From NCBI GenBank assembly GCA_951406725.2, contig OX597816.1, positions 52,452,001 to 52,516,000 on the forward strand: a DNA stretch of 64,000 bases. Direction: 5' to 3'. The position numbers were made by a program, and so were the translations under genes. The stretch comes from Octopus vulgaris (Eukaryota). This document shows, one piece after another, positions 54,968 to 64,000 of the stretch (position 1 is its first letter; every line of letters begins with the position of its first letter). A model generated the notes under the pieces. That model was not told where the DNA came from. It saw nothing but the letters and a program-made list of their open reading frames with translations, and did no database searches.

Positions 54968-55979
54968 GGAAATGCTGGGGTTGGAGGAATCGGTGGAATG
55001 ATTGGGTGAATGGAGTGAGGTGGTATGAGAGATTCTGTTTTGAAAATCAGGTAAAAATTATACAGAAGTTCCCAAGAACAATAAGTCTTGAACTCCTGTG
55101 GTGTATAACATCTATTTATTCTCAATATGTTCTGGCAGAATCAAATGTGAATATTACATGTTCACAAGTTAACTATAAGATTTTATTGCATTTTCCAACT
55201 GGTGTAATGAGGGTGGTAGCTGGAAGATGTGGCAGGGAAATTGGAATAGGAGATACTCATTGTAGAACTAATGCACACTGCAGAACTAGAAGAAAGGCAC
55301 ATTGATGGCAGGGCTAGCCTAGGTTAGAGAACACCCTAGCTGAACACCATAGAACTAGCCCATATAACGGATGGATCATTAGCCTACCTGTACAGGCAGC
55401 AGCAAAGAGAACAAACAACATTACAATTCATGAGGGATTGCCCATTTTCAAAAGCAGAGAATTCATTGATTACACTTATTGTTATTGTTGTTGCTGTGTA
55501 ATCCCAGGTCAGCTGTGACTGAGCAGACCTGTCTGGTCCAAGGAATTCCAATATGACCATCAAACATCTTTGTTATCGTCTTCATTTAACTCCATTTTCT
55601 ATGCCGGCATGTGTTCAATGGTTTGACTGGAGCTGGTGAGCCAGAGAGCTGCACCATGCTCCAATCCATTTTTGTTTGGTTTCTATGGTTAGATGTTCTT
55701 ACTAACACCAATGACTCCACTGTGTACCGGGTGTCTTTTATGTGTCACTGGAACAGGTACCTTTTTCTGTGTCACTGGCATGACTGCTTTTTGCATATCA
55801 GTAGCATGCATACCTTTTACATGTTACCAACACTGGCAACAACTACATTTTCACTTAGCTTGATGTGTCTTCTCAAGCATAACAAATGGGCAGAAGTCTC
55901 AGTCACTTGTCATTTCCTCTGTCAGACTCAGCAACCAAAATTCATTTCAGCACCTTGTCCTGCATCATCTTGTGTCTAC

Positions 55980-56450
55980 CTCTTTACTTCCCTGGGTATG
56001 GACACATGGAAACTCCGACATCTGGCAGCTAACTTGGCAGACACCCATAAAATTATCAACCATCTTACAAACAATAACTCTGAGCACCTTTTCGAACTCC
56101 ACCCGTCTAACACCCGTGGACATGTTTACAAAGTCAGAAAACAACACAGCTCCCATGACTTTAGGAAACATTTTTTCACGCTGAGAGTTGCTGAAGCATG
56201 GAACAAACTGCCGGCATCAGTTGTTAGTTGTCGGAGCACTGCATCCTTCAAAACTTCCATGCTTCCTGAGATTCGCCAACACGACACCCGATTTCCTCCC
56301 CTCCATACACACACAAGCATGTATCTGACTCATACATTGTTCGCTTTCCAGACATTTGTACATTACTGCATATACTTTATACACACTTTCTGACAAGTTG
56401 TGGTGCACCTGAGCACTGTATACAATAATTTCATTATCATATTATTATTA
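55980..56450 (+). mobile_element. CR1-clade LINE 3' fragment
   Basis: TRGHVYKV..RKHFFTLRVAEAWNKLPASVV..SFK is a CR1-type ORF2 C-terminus, followed by an (ATT)n tail. Confidence 0.85.
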
Positions 56451-57142
56451 ATTAAAGATTGGAACTTATTTATGCAGCTTTCTATCACTAATGTGCCATT
56501 CCTTTAGAAAATAATAGAATGTGATTTGAAGGAAGATTTGTTTCCTATTTCTTGCATGTCAAATAGTTAAATATACGATTCCTTGTCAGACTGTTTTCTT
56601 CTGAATGTCATTGGAAATGTGAAATAATTCTTAAATTATGGTCACAAGGGCTGAATTGACGTAGGGGCCTAGTCATTAACATTGGTCCCAGTGCTTAACT
56701 TGTACTTATTTCATCAATGATAAACGTCAAAATCAACCTCAGTAGAATTTGAACTCAGAACAAAAAACTGGAAAGAAATGCTACTAAGTATAATGCACAG
56801 CATGCAAACAACTCTACCAGCTTTCCAATTTAAACAATGATAATAATAATGATAAAAATAATAATGATGATAGTGATAACAATAATAATAATGATAACGA
56901 TATGTTGTGGCAGTGATAGCATTGTCAATTATTATATGTGTTCATGGGTCAGATGAAATTCATCAAGGCAGATTTTTCTACCATTGAAAGCTCTTCCAGT
57001 TACTAATCCTCACCTGTTTCCTGGCAAGGTAACGTTTCCTTCTTGTGAAGACATATTTTCATATATATATAGTTGCAAATAAACATCTAGCAAATATAAT
57101 TCATAAGGTAAGGAAGGGCTGGCAGAAGACACTTGACCAATA

Positions 57143-57553
57143 TAGGCGTAGGAGTGGCTGGGGGGTAAGTAGCTTGCTTAACAACCACATGGTTCCGGGT
57201 TCAGTCCCACTGCGTGGCACCTTGGGCAAGTGTCTTCTACTGTAGCCTCGGGCCAACCAAAGTCTTGTGAGTGGATTTGGTAGACGGAAACTGAAAGAAG
57301 CCCGTCGTGTATATATATATATGCATGTGTGTTTCTATATGTTTGTGTGTCTGTGTTTGTCCCCCAAACATCGCTTGACAACTGATGCTGGTGTGTTTAC
57401 ATCCCTGTAACTTAGCGGTTCGGCAAAAGAGACCAATAGAATAAGTACTAGGCTTACAAAGAATAAGTTCTAGGGTCAATTAGCTCGACTAAAGGCGGTG
57501 CTCCAGCATGGCCACAGTCAAATGACTGAAACAAGTAAAAGAGTAAAAGAGTA
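57143..57553 (+). mobile_element. SINE family A
   Basis: Full-length colinear copy. Confidence 0.85.
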
Positions 57554-57842
57554 ATATACCACACAGTGGTCCCAAACCTACAATCATGATATTGCAGAGC
57601 TAATATCTTAACTAAAGAAAAGACAGCAAGCTGGCAGAACTGTTAGTACACTGGGTGAAATGCTTAGCAGTAGTTCATCCAGTTTTTACATTCTGAGTTC
57701 AAATTCTGCTGGGGTTGACTTTGCCTTTCATCTATTCTGAAGTTGATAAAATGAGTACCAGCTGTACACTGGGGGCCAATTTAATCAAATTAGCACCTCC
57801 TCAAGCCTGCTCACTTTGTGCCAAAATTTGAAACCAATATCT

Positions 57843-58073
57843 ATTTGTTTATTGCCCACAAGGGACTAAACATAGAGGGGGCAAAAAAGACAGACAAAGT
57901 GATTAAGTCGATTACATTGACCCCAGTGCATAACTGGTACTTTATTTATCGACCCCGAAAGGATGAAAGGCAAAGTTGACCTCAGTGGAATTTGAACTTA
58001 GAACATAACAGCAGACGAAATACGGCTACGCATTTTGCCTGGTGTGCTAACATTTCTGCCAGCTCGCCGCCTT
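57843..58073 (-). mobile_element. SINE family C with ~18-bp target-site duplication
   Basis: aatt(t/c)gaaaccaatatct at 57825-57842 and 58074-58091. Confidence 0.85.
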
Positions 58074-59488
58074 AATTCGAAACCAATATCTTAACCACGC
58101 AAGCATAGCTGTACCCAGATTCATTGCATTTGGTTTCCTCAGAGAAATAGTTGCAGGATATCTGATTGTGATAGATCTACTTTTCATTATTATCTCTTGT
58201 GTGTAAATAGAATCAGGTAAAGGCAATATATTTCATATTCGTTCATTTATTTAAACGGCACATTTCTTGATTATGAATAACTTTATCACTACAGATATAT
58301 TTTTTTAAGTTTTAGACATTAAACAATATTTTTTTGACAGAGTTGAAAGAAACTGTGGTTTTCTGAGATATTATGATATCTCTGTCGTTGAAAGATTATC
58401 TCTAAATATAAGTCTTTGATATATTTAGTAAAATGTCTTTTCTTTTCATTCCATGATAATTTATATGGAATTTCAGAGATCATATGATCCATTAGGGACT
58501 GGGCATTTTTATGATACTGTGTGAGAAGGAAGGTGTTATATATTTAAGTCAGACTATTGATTTAGGGTCTAGAGGATTAAGAATAACAAAAGATGTGTTA
58601 TCAGAGCTTGAAAGATGTGGTGCTGTGAATGATGTTGCTGTTGTTGTTGATGATGATGATGGTTTGGGACTGGATGGCTTTGGAGCATTCTCAAACATCT
58701 ATTTTCATATCTTGCTTTATTTCACATGATACAAATGGGAGATAATGGATTGTAGAAATTTGTCTGTCACTTTCTGTATATAAATCATTACTTAATACTC
58801 ACACATACGCATGCATACACCCCTACTTCACACACACACACACACACACACACAAGTAGATGTAAAATACTGATGATGATAACATTCATTTCTTTTTGCT
58901 TGAATTCATGTGTGTGCATATGGGTGTGTGTGTGTGTGTTTGCGTATGTGATAAACACACACACATTCAATACATTGTATGGAATTTATATTTATTGACA
59001 TTCGGTGACCCAAAAGAATATGGGGCACATAGCTGCAAACATCTGAATGCTTAGACATGTGTTTTATGTGTGTATGAAACTTTGAACTATAGGTAGACAA
59101 CTGTACACACGCTCACATACATACATGCATCTTAATATAATCTTTAAAATATTGGTATGTATGTATGTATGTAGGTATTTATGTATATGTGTGTGCATAC
59201 CTATCTATTTGCATGTATGTATGTATAAAGTTTCCAATAGACAGTTTCCAATACATTCTCAACTCTGTATCTTATCAGATAGAAAATTTATAAAACATTT
59301 GACTAAATAAATACAATCATATGAATTAGAAAAAAGAAAAGCAGCTTGTCATATCAGAGAACAGACCTTTTATATCGGTAATATTGTGAATCGTATATCA
59401 GGTTAGAATCATTTTTTTTTTTTCTGATTTAGGAAAAGAATCAGTTTGAAAAGTGATGATAGAAAGAATTGTATGGGAGGAAAAATTA

Positions 59489-59677
<189 letters not shown>

Positions 59678-60147
59678 CTAGAATAATATAGAAAGGGAGG
59701 AAAAATAAAAATTATGAACATCAAAGAAATAATAGTTTGTTATATTTTGAGTAAATTTATTAATTTATTCACAAAAAAATATTTATAACAATTGAACAAT
59801 TGAACTTTTTTAACTTTTCTATGAACTGCCTTATTGACTAATTCTTACTGATGCTGACCATCAATTTTTGCTGTTCATATTTTATAACTATAACAATTTT
59901 TGGTTTATGACTAAGAATATCATCAAAAAATGTGGAACATATGAACGTGGCATGATTTTCACAGGTTGCATAGCAGGCTATCCACCTAGGAGGAGAGTAA
60001 CTATGAAAAAGAACTGCTTGGGTAGAAGGAGACATTTTAGTCTTTCCCTATGGCACAGCCCCTCTGGTGCTAGTGGCACAATTAAAATGTACCTGATTGA
60101 CACTATAAGACAATAAAGTTGGTTGGATATGTTTTATGTTGTTTGAT

Positions 60148-60817
60148 CAGATGCTAGCAAATTATAGTCCACTAGCCAAATCCAGCTCAGGGCCATATTT
60201 CATTTGTCCCTCTGACTTTATTGAATATGTAATGTTCTGCACAAAAATTCTTCACTTATGAACAATGATATTCAGTATCAAAAAAGTAAGTGACTTTTGC
60301 AACGACCTCAAATGAATGTTTTATATCAATGCAGAAAAAAGGGAAATAAAAAAAAAATAAGATGCTTTCTAAAGGCTTCTCCAGAAATGATATTTCAAAC
60401 TGTAAATGTTCTCCAAAATGAATTAATCAACAAATACAAACAATATCTCATACATTGCTATAATATAGTGTAAATGAATAATGAATTCTGAGGACAGAAG
60501 GAATGCAAAAATATATACTTATTTACTGAGTAAAGCAGGTAAACTGTCTGGTGACAAAATCTTTACTAAAAACGTCATTACTCCATTCAGTCTAATAAAA
60601 AACGCTCTAAGAGTATGTCATGCCATACATAGTACATACTGACTTTTATGTTATTGAATGTATAGCGGTTACTTCATTAATACAGGTGACATTTAAAAAG
60701 GCATTTTCAATCAGTTTACCTTATATGATTATTGTTTTGTCTTTTATTCCTTTTGGACCACAAGATAAAAAAACATTTCCAGTCTAGCCCACCTCCCCAA
60801 ACATTTACCAACCCCTG
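60148..60817 (+). mobile_element. Possible decayed hAT (Charlie/SPIN-like) non-autonomous element
   Basis: Ends resemble CAGGGGTxGGCAAAC..GCCAAATCCGGC / TTTGCCxACCCCTG. No clear 8-bp TSD. Confidence 0.4.
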
Positions 60818-60948
60818 CTGATGACACCAACTGCAATGAGATGCTGTCCAACCTATGCTAGCATGGAAAAAATAAGCATAAAATGATAAAGATGATGAAA
60901 CTTCATCTATGAAAGTCTTTGGTGGTAAAAAAATATAATGGCTATTAA

Positions 60949-61168
60949 CCCTTTCATTACCAACCCGGCTGAAACCAGCTCTGGCTCTGAATACAAATGT
61001 CTTGTTTTCATAAGTTTTGAAATAAAATCTTCCACCAAACCTTAGTCACAATTTATGTTCCTAACACTAACTGAATGATAACTAAGTTATTTTACTAAAT
61101 TCTTTGTTATATTTAAAGTAATTGAAAGAAACACAGAGCATCTCAAAATAAATACAGCAACGAAAGGG
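60949..61168. mobile_element. piggyBac-type MITE
   Basis: TTAA target duplication on both sides. TIRs ccctttcattac / gcaacgaaaggg. Confidence 0.8.
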
Positions 61169-61499
61169 TTAAAAAAGAAGTCAGTCGAGATAAAATAAAT
61201 TCTTTCTTTGAGTATATCTAAAATCAAGGAAACCGATGATGGTTTGTATCAGCAATGATTATATCACTGGAGAGTTTCTTGAAGAGTTAAATAAGTTCAA
61301 TTTTAGAACCCTTAGCTTTCAGCAGAGAGCAAGGGCAGATGAAGATCAAGTGCCTAATTAAACATTTCTCAGAATTTTCCATCAGTTTTCATTCATTTCT
61401 TTCACAATTGTAAAGCTTTCATATTTTCTGTTACACTTATGTCATAGAAGTATTTCTTCTGTGAAGAAATATTGACTAGTGACAAATAACTTCAGAGTA

Positions 61500-63040
61500 A
61501 TAGCTAGACAGATTCAAAGACACAAGATAAAATGAAGCTGAAGGTCTCCTTTGTATGATATAGATTTGGAGAGATTCTAGGTGACACATACGTCATGACT
61601 GAGAGAAGGTATAAAACTATAACAGAGAAGAGAACTGGACATTTCTTCAAGACAACTTGCTGCAAGCCATAGACCAGCCATTTGGCTGAATTAAGGTATC
61701 AATCAAATGAAAAGTTACATGGTGGTAGAATGTTACTGTAGATAGAACCATAAAAGCCAGGGACAAACTTGGAAAGATTGGAAGAAAGGAGCAACCAAGA
61801 TGCAATATCAGTTAGTTAAAAGAGATGCTACAAGGCATGGAGAAAGGCTGAAACTAAGACATTTGTTAAACAACTGTAACACAAGGATCAGAAATGTGAA
61901 GTGTTCCAGATAGCATATCAATATGTCAATGTAAATCAATACATTTTTGGAGAAAAGTGACATCCTAGCATCTATCAATGTCATGAGAAGACAACTTGGA
62001 AATGTAACTATATGTAGTTGCTGAAAGTGGAAAATACATGGAAGAGGGGTTATTCTAACTGAACCCCAAAAAGGAGTCAGCTAATGAAGTTGACAATTTA
62101 TCATCATCATCATCATCGTTTAACGTCCGCTTTCCATGCTAGCATGGGTTAGACGGTTCAACTGGGATCTGGCAAGCCAGGAGGCTACACCAGGCCCAAT
62201 CTGATCTGGCAGTGTTTCTACAGCTGGATGCCCTTCCTAACGCCAACCACTCCATGAGTGTAGTGGGTGCTTTTTATGTGCCACCAGCACAGGGGCCAGG
62301 CAAGGCTGGCAATGGCTGCAATCGGTTGGTGCTTTTTATGTTTCACCGGCACGGACGTGCCACCAAAACATGTAATTAAGGATATGTAAGCAGGGAAAGT
62401 ATCTGGACAATCAGGAATAGTTGCCAAAAGGGTGAAAATATTCAGCAAAGAAGTCAATTAGGGAGTACAAAGAATGGTAATAGTATCATTATCCGCTACT
62501 AGATGACAAAGGAGATGCTTAAGAATAAAGCGACTACCAAGTTAAGAAAATATGATTAGTAAGACAATTGGCTTACATGAGTTGCAGCTCAGTTTTGTGC
62601 CAGGACATGGTATCACTGAAGCCCTCAAATTAGACAGACAACTATGAGAGAAGTTCTTAGCTAAAAGTAAGACACAATACCTAGCAGTAGCAAGAATTCC
62701 ATTTTGAATACCCACTGTAATCTACCAAAGTGAAGGCTTACAGGCATAGAAGGATGAGAGTAGTTAACAGTGAGAGTATTTGTGATAAGCAATTTCAAAT
62801 GCTTTAAAGGTACAGTAGAAGTTGTTAGCTTTTCTAAAGTAGATGATTTATATAGAAATGGAGATGAGTGAAAAAGAATGGGTTAGAAAAGATTTAGAGA
62901 GTTATTATGTCTGCTAGGGACAAAGTCATTCCTCAGTCAAGTGAAGGGTAGATTGCATGATGCTTGTATATAAAATGTGATGAAGCATGGTAGCCAAATA
63001 TGATTACTGAATGTGGAGTTTGTGCAAAAGTCAGAAAAGA
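61500..63040 (+). mobile_element. Highly decayed RTE LINE (reverse transcriptase region)
   Basis: Relics such as ELQLSFVPGHGITEA..RQLxEKFLAK and VKGRLHDAC resemble QFGFVPGxSTTDAIF and KGRLYDACVR. Confidence 0.6.
62101..62362 (-). mobile_element. Family B copy nested in an older RTE
   Basis: Family B homology; interrupts the relic at 61500-63040. Confidence 0.8.
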
Positions 63041-63514
63041 AGTTTTATATCCTTGTACTTAATGAAGTACATATGTAATTAACGAAGCAGCAAGGAAGAA
63101 AGTATATACAAGATACACTACTATTACATGAGACTCAATGCTCTATATCAAAAGCAACAGTGACCTGCTGCCAACCTAAATTGCCAGTCGCTCATAGTTC
63201 TTTAATTTATAACAATGAGTCAGTTCACCGTTAGTCACTTGCAGGGTGGTTGCAATCTTTCCACGACTAAGTGATGAGCTTTTGTCCGAGAAACAAAGAG
63301 AGTTGCCAACTGTTTTTTTTTTCTCTTTGAAAGAACTCTGTTTCATGTTTGTCAAGAGTAAAACAAAATGAAAAGGATAGTGTTCTTAGAAGTTTTGTAG
63401 ATGTCTAAGTGATTAGGAACATGTAATGATAGGATATGAGAGGACTAAAGCTCACTGAAGTCAAAACGGCAAAATTCTGCCTCTTGCATAACCAGGCAAT
63501 TTTCCCCATCAAAT

Positions 63515-63749
63515 AGCTATTTCTTTACTGCCCACAAGGGGCTAAACACAGAGGGGACAAACAAGGACAGACAAACGGATTAAGTCGATTACATTGACCC
63601 CAGTGCGTAACTGGTACTTATTTAATCGATTCCGAAAAGATGAAAGGCAAAGTGGACCTCGGCGGAATTTGAACTCAGAATGTAGTGGCAGACGAAATAC
63701 CGCTGAGCATTTTGCCCGGCGTGCTAACGATTCTGCCAGCTCGCCGCCC
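63515..63749 (-). mobile_element. SINE family C
   Basis: Full-length colinear copy. Confidence 0.8.
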
Positions 63750-64000
63750 ATCAAATAACATTATTGTCTCACTCCTTACATGATCTACATGCAACCTGTA
63801 ATAGAGCTGCTTCTTGTGATGATGATGAATTGCATCAGGCTCAGTGACAGGTGCACCACATATCCAATCAACTTTATTTAATCAGTATGTTATTCAATCC
63901 GTTTTGTGGTGTTATTGTTTTAATTGTGTAACCCCCATTTCAAAGAATCCTGATAAACTAGATATATAGATTGTAGACAGGTCTGAATTAAGCCCAACTG

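Noticed and set aside
55611-56393. 260-aa ORF
   Set aside because: Chance read-through from a decayed family B repeat into a CR1 LINE 3' fragment; not a host gene.
63270-63300. gtgatga (box C-like or hammerhead-like) followed by gaaac
   Set aside because: No suitably placed box D or terminal stem, and no hammerhead stems.

Overview
This is AT-rich, repeat-dense eukaryotic DNA, probably from an octopus (inferred from the SINE families and the TA/CA microsatellite load). The window lies inside one large minus-strand gene. Five GT-AG exons (59677-59570, 48764-48633, 39895-39776, 24468-24332, 15434-15215) splice in phase to 239 aa of the FERM domain of an FRMPD4/Preso-like protein, with introns of 8.7-15.3 kb. 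The introns hold several tRNA-derived SINE families, RTE, CR1 and Penelope-like retroelement fragments, a decayed DD37D (maT) mariner, mariner- and piggyBac-type MITEs, two non-autonomous Helitrons and a 5S rRNA pseudogene. The best leads are three kinds of hammerhead ribozyme motif: a near-canonical GUC type I at 19239-19289, one in a ~290 bp insert in a TA tract, and a repeated minimal form with an atypical CUGUNGAA core. Also notable are a decayed partial duplicate of a FERM exon with mostly synonymous divergence, a 66-bp fold-back, and a 183-bp SINE tandem array beside an exon. Nearly all listed ORFs are repeat or microsatellite artefacts. Repeat boundaries are approximate and all homology calls were made by eye, without database searches.
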